A DNA stretch of 64,000 bases, from assembly GCA_000182565.2 (NCBI GenBank), contig KQ257452.1. One strand, given 5' to 3'. This document shows, piece after piece, positions 26,609 to 40,600 of the stretch. The position numbers and the translations under genes are program-made. Each line of letters starts with the position of its first letter. Position 1 is the first letter of the stretch. The notes below the pieces were generated by a model that worked only from the letters and a program-made list of their open reading frames with translations, was not told the DNA's origin and did no database searches. Source of the DNA: Spizellomyces punctatus DAOM BR117 (Eukaryota).

Positions 26609-29600
26609 TCATTGGGGAATCAGTGTTAACAATTCATCAATGTATGTTGGTGTTCTATGTCGCAGTCGTACGCCTGTCCAATGGTCTCGCATCACATTGG
26701 CAGGTGCAACTTTTAAAGATGCTTTGAGGGCATTGAATACGCATTCCTGTGAACAGCATGTAAATTGGCACCCTGCTACTGGAATCTCCCTTTTGATCAA
26801 GTCCACATACCTGCAGTTGGGCATTTGGGTCATCCATGTGTACTGTCAACCCCTTGACGATTGCAGCCCAATGAACGTCATCCAACTTCACCTCTACCAA
26901 TTCACCAGTTTGCGCTACATTTCCCGCCGCATCCACCATTACAGCGGTCATGCCTCCTGCAGCTTGAATCAGTGGAGACATGCGCTGCTGCCATCTTGTT
27001 ACTGCTTCAAAAAAATCACTCCAAACTCGCGCGGTCGCAACGCGTAATGAGTCGTGCGCATCGTCCATGCGTTTGAGTAGTTCTTGGTATAACTTTTTGA
27101 AAGTATTTGCTGTGAAGTCAAGAAACAAGTGGACGCCATGAGCCACTGTGAGCCATACGGTTAGATAAAGCCAGCCCATGAATGTACCTGTAAATTCCAG
27201 CCTGCTTCTCAGAAGATGGCTTAAAACCATTAGAGTGTGATTTCGAGTGTCTGCATCATCATCCTCCAATGTTCCCACAAGTACATTCATTAGGTCCGGT
27301 TCCCAGACAGACATTACTGCATCCCGTCTCAAGAGTCCGAGGCATTCTTCTCCATTATTCCCGTTTAACAGAGCCAGGAAAGTTTCGATTGCTTTGCCAC
27401 GCAACACGGCAGCTTTGCGTCCAGGCTTCCAGACGCCATTGGCAATAATGATGTCGGAGAGAATGGTACGCGAGTATTCGGAAAATTGGCCGGTCGAGTT
27501 CAAAGATGTTGACGATGATTGGAGAAGACTTAGGGTAATTTTGAACATGCTGCGAAACGATCAAAATAAGTTAGCTATAAGAACAAGTACGCTAAAATGT
27601 CACATGATGGCCAATTAATGCACCTTTCCCGCACTTCGATATCCCTCTCAATGCCTGCCATTCCTGCAAGTAAAGGTACCGTAACCTCAAGCCTTTGTCC
27701 GACCAAAGGCCCAGCTTGAGTAAGTATGGTGTCGAGCAGGCGGGGTTCTGGGGAATAGCGAGTCCATTGTGGCTGTTCAGCAGCTAGATATGCAAGTACT
27801 GCGTCCAAGTGTAGCGCATACAGATCCTGAACACTGAATAAACCATATGCGGTCGCCAAGATTCTAAGAGCTTCTTCAGTCTACAATAAACGCGTGGTGA
27901 GCAGAGTCAGTCATTGTGCGGCTGATGCAAGCTAATAGCCGCTGTTCACCTTTTGGCGTAGAACCTGAACGCCCGGAACTTTGTCATCTTCAGAAACACC
28001 GCTCAGGCGCGCCAGCACCAAGAAAATTACATAACCTGCTCTGCCGATTTCCTCGTCATTTGGCAGACCAACGGTTTCTGATCTGAGAGACGCGGCTTCT
28101 GACGTCTCAACATGTACCGGTGACACCTTTTTCACTAACTCTACCACAACACCCGCAACCTCGGCCAGCAATTCCGTATTCTCATTCTGTGCCAACTCTT
28201 TTTCACTGACTAGATCGCTTACTCGTTCCAATCGTGCCTTACTGAATCGAGACATTGGTGTACCTCGCACTAAACCAGCCAACGTCCGGAGACACCCCAA
28301 GCGAAATTGAGTTGACCCTCCTCCCCCAGTGCGGATTGCAGGCAGAATTATATCCAGGTACACATCTGTATCCACATAACGTCCGAGAAGTTCAGCCACC
28401 CCAGTAACCTATTATTCATTACACACGATCAGTAAAAACTCGTACTACGAACAGGCATGCAAGCAAGTCCCACCCCACCTGCTTGCAGACAGTTGCTTCA
28501 TCGGCAGCTAATACTCTGTATAGTGCAGGTAATATAATTCCAGCATATCCAGTTATCATGTCCTCTGCATATGTGATGAAAGTGGCCAGCACCTGAGCGG
28601 ACTTTGCTCGTACATCCGCATTCCAGTCCGCCAATCCTTCAAGTGTTTTCTCTACAATCTTTTGCGTGTTGTCGCGAATTACGTGGCGACAACCAACGCG
28701 AGGTCTATCTGAATCGATCAAATAAATAATTCTTTAGAAGGTGAGAGCCTGTCATTAAACATCTCACCGCAACTTACCAGAATCCAGCTGCATGTAATCT
28801 AACTCATCCTTAACCCTATCTTCCCAGTCCGTTTCATACAGCTTTCCAATGTCGTCCATGTAATGTCGACAAAGCTCCGCCAACTTTGGAAGCTCGTCCG
28901 TCATTCCAGCCAGTAGCAAGGGCAAGATTTTGTAGCCGACCGACCACCGGTCCGGAAGATTTAACATCCACTCTGCAGCCGTGACGTATATAGATTCTCG
29001 CACCGATTGCGATTTATCTAACGTAATTTGTCGCAAAGTCTCTAGTACATCATCTAAGCCCGAAACGTCGACCATAATTGCTTCACGGATGGCCTTTTCC
29101 ATGGCCAAATTCGTTAGGATTTTTTTCATATATATGCGTAAGACTGCCGTCCAAGTGATCTCCTCACCTGCAAGCCGGAAGTTCGCACACTGGAATGTCG
29201 GTGTTGAAGACATGGCACAACAGCTTTCGCGATTGATGCCCCATGATACCCTAAGGCTTTTTTTGTTTGCCGTGACAGCTGTATGACCAAGTTACATGAT
29301 TCCTGCAAAGGACGCGCTATGAATTTCAGTTACTTCACAAAACATGTCACAAAGTAACTTTCTCTTCATCAACACACCTTTTTAACGTCTGGGAAAGGAT
29401 CTTGCAATGTTCTTTGCAGCACTTTAACTGCGTCTTCGACGAAAGGAATAAATCCTGCACCGGTAAGGTTGACCAGACGTACTAAAATTTGTACAAGCAA
29501 CAGCCGTATCTCTTCCGATGGCTCCACTATTTCAATCTGGCTCAATCGCGCACTTATGGCTGGAACGATGTAGGCTAGAAAGGGCGTGATATCATCCACG

Positions 29601-30168
29601 GACTCTGAGAATCTGTAATGGCGTGACCAAATCTCAGTAAGTCGTTCATGCATGAATAGAAACAGAGTCGCGGGATCGGCGGCCTCTGCGAATCACCGGT
29701 TCTTCCGATCCGACGCTAGTCTTCTTATATGTCCCATCTTTTCCCAGCAGCTCTCACCTGAGAATAAGGCCGCTACTCAATTCTCGACATTTCTCTACAG
29801 TGTCTGATAAGCATTTGACCAAGGGCTTGCACAGACTGGTAAATGTCTGACGCATCAACGTTCGGTCTGCAGAATACGCCTGCTTTCCGAGTGTTTCTCT
29901 TTGAATATGGTCCAGCGCTCGTCGCTTGGCAAGTCGGTCAGACGTTGGGTCCGAGAGAACATTGATATCACGTTGGAGAGCCTGAAGTACGAATGGTTAT
30001 GAGGACCTCATGGGCTTTGTTATTGGGGTTTGCAACTGACAAGACGAACCCCAGCAGCCTGCCATGCTTCCAACTTACTTGAAGAATGTCTTCATAAGCT
30101 TGCTGTGACTCGGGGCTGAGGTGTGCCCCCTTGGCCCCCTCCGTTTGCATCGCCGAATCGCCCATCAT
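26609..30168 (-). CDS. DNAAF5: Dynein axonemal assembly factor 5 (HEATR2), multi-exon
   Basis: ALQRDINVLSD...RRAL; CLSDTVEKCRE; EIVEPSEEIRL; DPFPDVKK; HRHSSVR; RPRVGCR; LADW...VR; ELLKRMDDAHDSLRV; LTVHMDDP. HEAT repeats. Confidence 0.85.
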
Positions 30169-30315
30169 TTTACGAAAGCGATCTGATCTCACTGCTGACT
30201 TTACAAGAAGCCCATTCGACACACGTCGCTCAAATCACGTGTACCACGCGTCAGCTTTGAGAACAAGGTCAGAGCGACGTGACGAACTCGCGACCAAGTC
30301 GCTTGGCAATTTCTC

Positions 30316-31062
30316 ATGGACGACTGTTCTCCAACTGACGAGCAGAATTATAGCGGCTCTCCACAACCCGATATTGAAGGCTGCTCTTTTGAAACGAGAG
30401 AGAATGATATGGGTAGTGTCGACATGTCTAAGCAAGCATTACAGGAGCCAAGGATAGGAGAGCAGGTGGAGCAACAATACCAGCCGGATAACAATGTTCA
30501 CGAAATGGGCGACCACATCGAGGAAATATCTTTGAATGATTCGATATCTCCCAACTTTAATGGCACTGCCAGAAGTTTGTTCCCTTCAAGAAAACTGGAA
30601 ACCCATTCGGATGTAGAAGCAATCGATATTGAGCAACCATTCAAATGCCTATCTCAGGAGACGCTTGATGGACGGATTGTCGACAATCGAGACATTGTAT
30701 GGAAGGAATTGGCCGGTAATTTATGACACCAGTTGGATTGTAAATGACGGCTTCAAAGCTTTTTGCGCGGTTGTAGGGCACATCACGGAACTCTCTGAGC
30801 TTTTTGATGAGTATAATGCGCTAGTCACGCATCTTCTCAATGCTAGGGAAAGAAGCTTTCACGACGAGGTAGTGGAATTGATCGATGAGCTGAAGGAGAC
30901 TGAGGATACTCAAGGTAGGCTGTTAGAATGTGCATTTAAGGCAAGGTCTGGGTCACAGTGACATCCTTGTCCCCACCTATTCTGTTAGAAATACTGCGAC
31001 AAAAGGTTGCGGGCTTTTTTAATGCCATTAAAACCCACTTTACCACCTTTTTTGAGGGATAG
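30316..31062 (+). CDS. Hypothetical acidic protein with C-terminal coiled coil, 3 exons
   Basis: ORF 30316 splices (intron 30716-30776, phase matches) into GHITELSELFDEYNAL...ETEDTQ, then a last exon EILRQKVAGFFNAIKTHFTTFFEG*. Confidence 0.6.
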
Positions 31063-31229
31063 CGCTGAGGTGGGGCATCGATAAGTACATCTTTGCAATT
31101 GACTGACAAGCAGGCCTATTAGTATGTCATAATTCTTGTGTTCATCACCTTTCATAGTACAAGTATTTAGACCCGACGAGTAGTTTAAAAAAGTGCATCC
31201 AATCTATTGGCGCCTGATCACATGAAACC

Positions 31230-32747
31230 TTATTGCTTCTTGACGGCCTTCCGTTTGCCACCGGTTCCCGTCTTTTTCTTGCCCTTTCGACTCCGTGAAC
31301 CCTCCTGTTCACTTGTAGCTCCCTCACTGCCGTGCGTTCCGAGATCGTCTTCAGACGCGGCGGTGTTCTCGATTTTAAGATCGTCTGCAATATGCTCCAA
31401 AGTCTTTTTGGGGCTCTCCTTCTCTGCAGGGGCAAAGGCAAAGACTTGCTTAAGCTCGCCTCGAACTAGGCCTGTTAGCAGGACTGACAATATGCATGCA
31501 GGTGATAGGTATAGAAGGGCAGGCTGCCAAAACAAGTGGAATGAGCAGATGAAAGGACGGGCACGGTTGGATGCACGTAAGACATTACCTGTGCTGCCTG
31601 GAACGTATGCATTACGACCACTGTGGTAACGAGTCCCAGAGCATAGGCAATAAAGCAGACCGTGAAGTATGGTTTGGGGAAGGACAGCGTGTACTTATTT
31701 TTTTTCCCTTCCTTGGAATTCAGATACTGATGATGGTCAAACTGGAGACACAGGGCCACAAAGATACCTACCGTACGCACAGCTTCAGTTCAAGCACTCT
31801 GATATATGCATATGTAGATAGTTTAAACTCACCGGGAATCACAATATCGCCCAAGCCAAGTAGCGTGAAGGGGACACCTTCTGTCGTGAAAAATCCGGAC
31901 TTGATAAGTCCAACAATATCTTTGGGCCACAGAACTTTGACAGGCGCATCAAAGCCCTTCGCAACTGTGACCATGACGTCCGTGCCGAAAACCCAAAATA
32001 TGTCGTACAGGAAGAGGAAGGACAGGAGCGCCATTCCGGTTTTAAACGAATCCAGATTAAGAAGTTGAATCGCAGATGCGGAGAACGCTTCTCCGTAGAT
32101 GTTGTTGAGAATCCAGTGCTTCGTCATGGCGTACAGACCCGCAATGATGATGGACAGTACGATGAGGAAGAGATGGTAGTTCCCGAAATGGTACGAAGCA
32201 ATTTCTAAGATAATAGCGTATTGCATTAAGTTCCCAAACCTGACTACATCGTGCGTCGGCATCTTTGGGGAGCACCAACGAACCTTTTTCTTTTTTCCAC
32301 AGATCCACTCGGTATTCTCCTTTGATCTTCCAACCTGTCACAGCTCTGCTAATTCCGAGGAAGCTCTTAATGACGCCGCCAACTCCCAGAATCGAGAAAT
32401 AGGCGGTAAAGAGGGCGTTGAGGTACTCTTTGTTCAAGTACTTGAAGACCACGTAGAGCGACACAAGGGCCAGAGATCCAAAGACAGGGAACCAATAGGC
32501 ATCCTCCAATCGAAAGAACTCTGCTTCTTCTTCCTCAATATCCTCCTCTTCTTCCTCATTTCGTCCTTTCTTGCCTCGGGTGGAGTCCCTCTAGAGTTAA
32601 CAGAGTTGAGGCCCAAAACGCGGTGGAGCATCACATTTTACTGCCAACCTTTTTCGGAATCTTCAAGGCCGAGAAGGAGCCAAAATATATTGGCGCAACG
32701 GCCATTGTGCCCAAGGCAAGATACGCAATCAGCAGGCCTGGTTCCAT
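31230..32747 (-). CDS. HM13: Signal peptide peptidase (HM13/SPP, peptidase A22B), multi-exon
   Basis: DAYWFPVFGS; catalytic LFLYDIFWVFGTDVMVTVA (YD) and LLGLGDIVIPG (GxGD); QPALLYL (PAL). Start codon uncertain. Confidence 0.92.
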
Positions 32748-33120
32748 CTTTTCATCAGCAGGCCAAAGGACGAGACAAGTTGAATTTCGGGACCCAGCCC
32801 GTGAGGTCGAACGAACGCCCAAATCTAGTCAGTCATGTGATTCAGACCATGGACAGTCACTGAACCATTCACGCGCATTTGGTGTGAGCGGAATTTGAAA
32901 GGTAATCCGCAGCTGCAGCCAACAAGCACCAGAACTTCCTGAAAAGAAGAATGTCTTGACAAGAAAGAAACAAAGAAACGAGCATCTGCATAAGTCTTTC
33001 TGGCCAAACAATCTCACTCCTGGGGTGCCAATAGCGGAGAGAAAAGCAAAGTCCTTCATATGTATGGGTATATTATTCATGCCAATTCAAATAGAAAATT
33101 TGTGAAATGTCGGGAGTCGT

Positions 33121-34681
33121 CTATTCTACTGACAGAGCCACACTGTCTTCCAAGTTCGTGGCTTTTTCTCCTACATCCAGGGGAGCCAGTGCTGATGATT
33201 CTCTCATTGGTACTTCACTGCTGGAGGCAACAGGAATGCCAGGAAGAGGTGGAGGTCCTCCAAACTGGGCTTCTTTTCCAAGTAGCTTTGCGTCCACTGC
33301 TGCGATACCAATTTTGGGGGTCTGCGCTCGCTTTTTCCTATGGTGCTTGCCGGCGCCTTCCGGTCCCTTTCGAAATCGCACATGGTGGTTATTGACAGAG
33401 CTTCGGCCGCTCGTTGGGCTTGGTCCGCTTGTCCAGTCCTTTTCAAGCTGCTGAATACGCTCCGTTGCAACTGGCGCCTCATGACGCTCCGTCACAGAAT
33501 CCTTTGCGCAACGATCATACTGTTCCTCAAGACGAATAAACCGGTCAGGGTACGCTGCAATGTTGCAGAGATAACCTATGGTTTGGTGACGGCTCTTCAC
33601 TTGATCTTCATGTTTATAGAATGATTCGCGGCCTTCCAGACGCTCAAGAATGGCCTATCGGTTGAATTCGCAGTAGTAAGTCGCGGACTGATCAAAAGCG
33701 CGATGTTGCCAAAGGGTACTGTACCATATTATCTTGATTAACTTTCTTGACTTCCCGTTGTCGCCTGTTTGCATTCAGACTATGTGCAAATCTTAGAGGG
33801 CTGGGATGCTGTCCAAAAACCTTTTTCTCCAGCTTCATAATTGACGACATTTTGTCAACCAATATCTTGTTGTCATGTTCAATCTGCGCTCGTCGCTCTA
33901 AAACGGACGCATCGTCAGCCGCTACGTGCGCATGATCATCAAAAGGGTTAAGCACACTCTCACCTTCTTGCATCTGTAACTTTTTCAGCTTGTGCTGCAA
34001 GTGCGGATACTCTTTTGGGGGCGATGTATCAATACTTGATTTGGCTTTCGCTAATCGTTGTAGATGGATCTTTCTCTTTGCCATATCCCATCTCCTCCCT
34101 AATAGTTTGTTACATGTTGGGTGAACCATATGAAAATGACGGTATGCAAATGTGTCAGAATGCTTCGCTTTGGTCCGTTTTGCCTCATTCGCCTCCTTCT
34201 CTTCCAAACTTCGGAGTTCGGCCTCATAGTGGCCAATTGTTTTATCCATATTCGCATCTTCCTCAGTGTTGCTTGGCCCGTCAGCAGCCTTTGATGGTGA
34301 GATGGTCTTACTATGTGACTCGGATTTCAGTCCCACAGCGGGTTTGAGTTTTGAGTTTTTGGCCTTGGGTGTTCTACGTTGTGTCTTGAAGTTTCCCTCC
34401 GGCCCTCTGTTGTTCGATGCATCGAGCTTGGTTTGAACGGTTTCGTCTCCGCCCTGCCCCTGTGGATCAGATTCCTCTTTGGATTCTCCCTTCTTCACTA
34501 CCGGTGCTTCCGGAGCCATCGAGTGGCTTGTAATGTTCACCTCGCCTCCAGATGCTGGTACATTATCTGTTGCAACCTGTTGTTCCCCATCATCGCCAAT
34601 GACCATTGGTGATTGTCTCCCGAAGTCTGCATGAAGCACTGGTGCCTCAACGATAGCTTGGGCTACGACTTCTGTTTCCAT
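33121..34681 (-). CDS. CFAP97/KIAA1430-domain ciliary protein, 3 exons
   Basis: CNKLLGRRWD...IHLQRLAKAKSSIDTSPPKEYPHLQHKLKKLQMQE|ERRAQIEHDNKILVDKMSSIM...SLNANRRQRE..KVNQDN matches the CFAP97D pattern. Confidence 0.8.
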
Positions 34682-35326
34682 CACTCAAGACACTGCCTAA
34701 CTCGACACAAGATCCTTCATTCAACTAAAGCTGATACAGAATCTCGTCCGTTGTCAGATGTCAACAGCAAGGGAGCATTCTAGGATTCTACTTTCGGAAC
34801 GTGGTCAATATTCTACAATAGGCATTGATTGATCTAGGATGACACTCTGGATATCCCTAAGGTTAGGTGATCCTGGAAATGAGACACCTGTAAAATGTCC
34901 GAACGTCACTAGGATCTCAGCGTTCCATGGAAAGATCATCAAAGTTACCTATATCTGACCAGGACCGCAAGAATGGTTACATTCGAGCATAATAATTCCT
35001 GGTACATAGATATTGTGAGCGATGGCCTCCAGGGAGACCAGGATAGTCAGCTTGCATGCAACTACACCGACTATACTGAACTGCTGCGTGCTTCAAAAGA
35101 TTGACATTGGAAAAAGGAACAATGCGCCAATGGTGTGTTATATGCATTTGAGGACAAGAATGTAAGATTTATCAAATGTAACTTTGCCCGCTGCAACTAA
35201 CCCCTGTTCGGTCAGTCACATTCTCACCAAATGGTAAAAGATTTAAAACTATACAATGTAATTATATTGGAGATGAATTCAGAAAATAGATATGTTACAT
35301 CGGAATGCTGCCATGGCTGCAAGGAA

Positions 35327-37348
35327 TTAGTGGTCCCTGCAGGACTCTGGGACACTAGCCGGGTCAAAACCAGGCATGGCGAATGAACGGGCAAAGGCTT
35401 CCACCTCCCCACGAAGAGCCTAAGTGGACCTTGTCAGCAACAAGTAACCCAACAAAGTAACGTATTAGACACAGTACCTTGACGTCTTCGTTGGACTCCA
35501 AGGCTACAACAAAGTCCTTAATGAGTTTGCCAGTAGTCTTTTGGACGTTGATGGCGATCTTTGCAGCCCGGTCAAGGAAGTCCGCGACCTTCTCAAAGTC
35601 GGCCTCCTTGAAACCCCGGGATGTCAATGCTGGGGTACCTATATCTCAGAGTCAGTAACATGAATTGATAATTGACATTAGTGGAAGTACACACCAAGAC
35701 GGACACCGCCGGGTACAAGAGCAGACGAATCACCATGTACAGCATTCTTGTTCAAAGTAATGCTATTAATCAGAAATATCAGCTATGCTGTCAGCCGCAT
35801 GCCATTAGTTTTACAGAACTTACTTCACGTAATCGCAGATCTTCTCCATCTTGCTGCCAGTAAGAGCGTTTGGCCGCAAATCCCACAGGACAAGGTGGTT
35901 CTCGGTACCATCAGTCACAATCTTGTAACCTTTGCTCTTCAATGCTTCGGCAAGGGCGATAGCATTCGCCTTGACTTGCCGCGCGTATTGCTTGAATTCG
36001 GGACCAGCGGCCTGCTTCAAGGCGACAGCGATGGCAGCGATGGTGTTGTTGTGAGGTCCTCCTTGATTTGAAGGGAAGACAGCGAAGTTTACTCTGTCCT
36101 CAAGGTCAGAGTTCTTCTCGCCCTTTGGCGCCCTCCTGAAGAAGATCAAACCAGCACGGGGACCGCGCAAGGTCTGCGAGCAACGGTTAGACCAGGGCCT
36201 CAAGTATCCTCAGCACATCCCGTCAACATACTTTGTGAGTTGTGGTAGTGACAACGTCGCAGAACTCGAAGGGGTTGTTCGCTTCTTGAGCAGCGACAAG
36301 ACCGCTAATATGTGCGATATCAGCCATGAGATAAGCTGAGTGCTGATCCGCAATCTAAGATTGACTCAACAATCATCAGCAGCTGGGCGAATTGATGATG
36401 CTTCCCACAAGATGCAAACCTTGCGAAGACGTGCATAGTCCCAGTCACGAGCGTAAGCGCTGGCACCGCAGATGATCAATTTGGGGCGGTAGAGAGCAGC
36501 ATTCTGTTCCAGTTTATCGTAATCAATGAAACCGGTTTTCTACAAAAGAAATCGCACGAATGAGATCTATCTCTAAAGCAAGAAAGTCCTAGTCAAAAGG
36601 TCGTATCATACCATGTCCACTTGGTAAGGAAGTGATTCAAAGTAGATCGCAGATGAAGAGACCTTCTTCTTTGCCGTGGCGTAGCCGTGAGTTAAGCTAG
36701 GCAGTCGATATCATTAATACCCTTCGAACCACACATGTTTGTTTTCAGGTTGTTACTCACTGGCCGCCTGAGGGAAGGTCCAATCCCATGATACGATCGT
36801 GGGGGGCGAGAAGAGCGGTAAGAGCGGAGAAGTTCGCGGTACTTCCTGTAGTGGGTGCCAAATCAATACAGGCCCGATTTCAGAATAACCTCCAGCCCGA
36901 TCTTACCAGAGTAGGGCTGCACGTTTACACCCCACTGCTCGGGAGTCAGATGGAAGGCCTCCAATGCACGTTTACGGCATAGGTTTTCAATCTGGTCGAC
37001 GTATTCGTTACCACCGTAGTAACGGGCACCAGGGAGTCCCTCGGAATATTTGTTGGTCAAAGCAGAACCATTGGCCTCCATGACGGCTTGTGATGTGAAA
37101 TTCTAACAAGGTGACGTGACGTGAGCAACCCGCCAACTTTGACAATGAAAAAGAACGATCCCTACCTCAGAAGCAATCAGCTCCAAACAGGAATACTGAC
37201 GCCATTTCTCTCTTTGAACGAGATCGTAGATCTCCTTGTCTTCCTCTTCGAGGGTCGTGTTGAGGCCGGCGTTCTGCAGCCAAACATGAGACAAAGTAGG
37301 ACACAGGGCGAACTCCGATTTCACACTCACCCACTGTTCAGCAACCAT
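35327..37348 (-). CDS. SHM2: Serine hydroxymethyltransferase, no obvious presequence (cytosolic type), multi-exon
   Basis: [89 protein letters not shown]. Confidence 0.95.
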
Positions 37349-37640
37349 TTTGAAGATGTTGAGATGGAAAGGATGCGATCTACAAGTAACGTTCGCAGCG
37401 GGAGGAAGCCTTGGGTTTTTATAAATCGCTGATCAAACTGCAGGCCCCCGTTGATTGGGGGAGCGAAGAGATTTTGTTTGGGGCCTTTGTCACGTGTACG
37501 TCATTTGTCCAAATATGGGTAAATGGAAGCACGTCGATCAGCCAGCGTCTTCCACTGCGACTTTTGTCGTCGCTGCCGAGATCATGTCGCGGCCATCTTT
37601 GGCAGGGGAGCAAAGGACGGAAAGCAGATACGCCTTTGCG

Positions 37641-40600
37641 ATGACGGAGGGTCGGGTGGAAGAGACGGATTGGATGTCAGATGGCAGCGACACATTTCCA
37701 CTCACCGCAGAGGCTCTGCGGGGCTTTGGACTTGCATCTACAAATGAGGTAAGTAGGGGATGATGTTTGCTACACGCAGTTTGTTCATTTTTCTTGTGTG
37801 AAATGTCGCACAAGTCTGAGGACCTACACAGGATAAACACGCCGCTGCGGGGGTCGAATGACGAGAATGAAAAGCCTTCTCCACTCGCACTGTATGGTTC
37901 AAATCCCAAGCAACATGAGGATGAGCAAACTCCCCGACCATCGCACACGCCGCATGTACCCACTTCGTCTTCCGTCAAGTATCGAACGCCTTACAATCCG
38001 TGGAGGATAACCAAAGGAGCTGAAACATCGCCCGCCACGGATACGCCGATAAAGCCAAGACTACTGGCATTCTCCTCAAGCACAAGCGATTCGATAAAGT
38101 CTCTATTTACGCCAAGTACCACTAGAGGCGACTCTGTCCTAACCTGGTCTCCGTCAATGGAAACGCCGTCCCCTGGGGTGGATAAGCGGAAACAAACACC
38201 GGGGGATATTGCGAAAGGATTGCGCAACCATACACTAGCTAGTGCTGCCGGGGTTCGCGACGACAGGTCACCTATTATCTGGAAGGTCGCTCGGGGTGGA
38301 TCATCATCTATCTCACCATATCAAGCTCGGCTCTTTGGGAAGGAATCAGGACATCTGAATTCCGGAGCATCGACCATTGGTGACCATTCCTTGGGCCAAG
38401 ATCCCTCAACCTTCAAAGATGTGAAGAATGTGATGGAAGGGACTGGGAGCGTACGGCGTAGAGAACTGCATGCTATACAGGACATTTTACCCCCCGAAAA
38501 GCCCGACGACGAGGTTGTTAGCCCTGCTGTTTTATCGAGCTTTTTCGAACAGACCAAAAGAAGCACCCTTAACATGTCTCAAAACCGTACGTCTATGTTT
38601 GCACAACAATGTCTTGGTATCCCAATTAATGAAATTATCTACAGATACCCATAGCATTGATAATGCCTTCGACGTCAAGCCATCGATTTCTTACTGTGCT
38701 ACTACCGCGAAATCTATCAGGGATGGCAGGGGTGACGATAATGCCAGAGCTAAAAGAATACTCTTGCAACAATCGCAGTCGCTTCGAAACGCCACCGATC
38801 AGAATAATTCCCGTCCCGGAGTCGAAGTGCCCTTCGCGGCAAAGAGATTGAGGAAGGAAGGCTATAGACGTGCATCGAGTATTCACGGAGGAAAGACGGG
38901 CATGGTAAGGCAACGGCGTAGGTCCGTAACCCCGGAATTAGATACTCCCAAACACCGCGCGGATAGACAGCTGGCTCCGCGGGAGCATTTCGCAACGACA
39001 GCGAAACGAAAGAGAACGTTAAGGATCCTAGCCGACGGTACGAATAATCTTCAGCATGTACAACCGGAGAAAACACCTAGTATGCGGACGGAGAAACGGC
39101 AAAGACGGGCGACATTTGAAGGTGCTTTGAAGTATCATCGGAGTCGATCTCCAATCAAACAGCAGGAGAGGTATTGTGCGCCAGCATGGGAGGAAACATC
39201 TGGCGCTACAGCATATGGTGCTACACGTGGTCTTGGAGAGAGCCGAGGAGCGAACAAGCGGGAAGAGAGCACTACGAGACCGCCAGATACGTCCTCTATT
39301 ACCCAGACGAGGACCGGCGTGGAACTGCTACACAGCAAGGCCAGAAAAAGACAAACTCGTAGCCATTCACACTCGCCAACTGTTGATGTGATGAGAAATA
39401 GCGAAGATCATTTCCTGCCTCGGTCGCTGGTGTCGACACGGGAGGACGTCGATGGCCACGTCACTCTATGTCGCGATCGAACGAACGGGCGTACCAGTTC
39501 GGCAACCATCCACACAACTGAAAGTATAAGCAGTTCATCTGATGACGAGCCGTTGGAACGAAGGCGAATGCGAATTTCAAGCACCACGCAGAAGAGAAAC
39601 GAAAGTGTGAACTTATTTTCTTCGTCGCCATTGTCTAGCGTGTCCAACATTGACTTATCCCCCTCGTCGAGTGAGGCGTCCTTCGCTGACGTGTCCATCA
39701 TGGATCCTGTACCCCCGGCGTCACCTACACCATGCCGGTCCCAAAGACTCTATCGGCCGTCAGATCAATCGCATACCCCAGTAAGCATTGGCGCGACTGA
39801 TCACGGAGCTTCGTCAGACTTTGTCGACACTAGCCATCTCGTTACATTCGCTACAAATCTGCAGCACAGCGTACCCACCCCACAGGCGTCTGCTGAGTCT
39901 TCACGGCGGCGTTCTAAGGAGTCTCCGTCACTTTCCTCCCCCCTACATCGTGGGGATGCCGCGACAGACTCGTCATATCGCAATGATCTCTCACCCCCAC
40001 GATTTCCAGGATTTTCATTAGACGCAGATGATGAAGACTCCGACGCCACGACCGACGACGGACTTGGAATGACTATGCATTCTGTTTCGATACTCGATGA
40101 AAGGGAGTGTTTGGGTAGTCAGCAGCTCCTTTTCGACTTGGCCGTTTCACAGGCGGAAAAAGAGCCTCAGATACCTTGCCAGTTACCACAGGACGTTGTA
40201 AATGGCAATCTCTGTGAAGATCCTAATAGCTTTGACGGGCATGGATCATTGCTGGGCGGTGGAGACTCTCAGGGTGGTCTTCTGATGGACACCCCGGAGA
40301 CACATACAGCGTCACCCCTTGCAGAAGGTGGATCTGATTCAAAGTGTGTAACTTACGATCATGGGATGGTCCATTCCTGTAAAGTACAAAGGATGAATAG
40401 CCCCCAGTCGCCCGCCTTTTTGATGGGTCCAGAGCATCTGCAGCAAGAGGAGCGGGAGACATGTAATTCAGATGGAAACGAAACTCAGGCGACGATCAAA
40501 GTTGAGGCGCAAAGTAGCCCGCGAGCAGATGAGGCTGGTGACCAACGTTCGTCTAGCTGGTCGGTGTGCGGGGACTTGAACCATGAACGCACTCGAAGTT

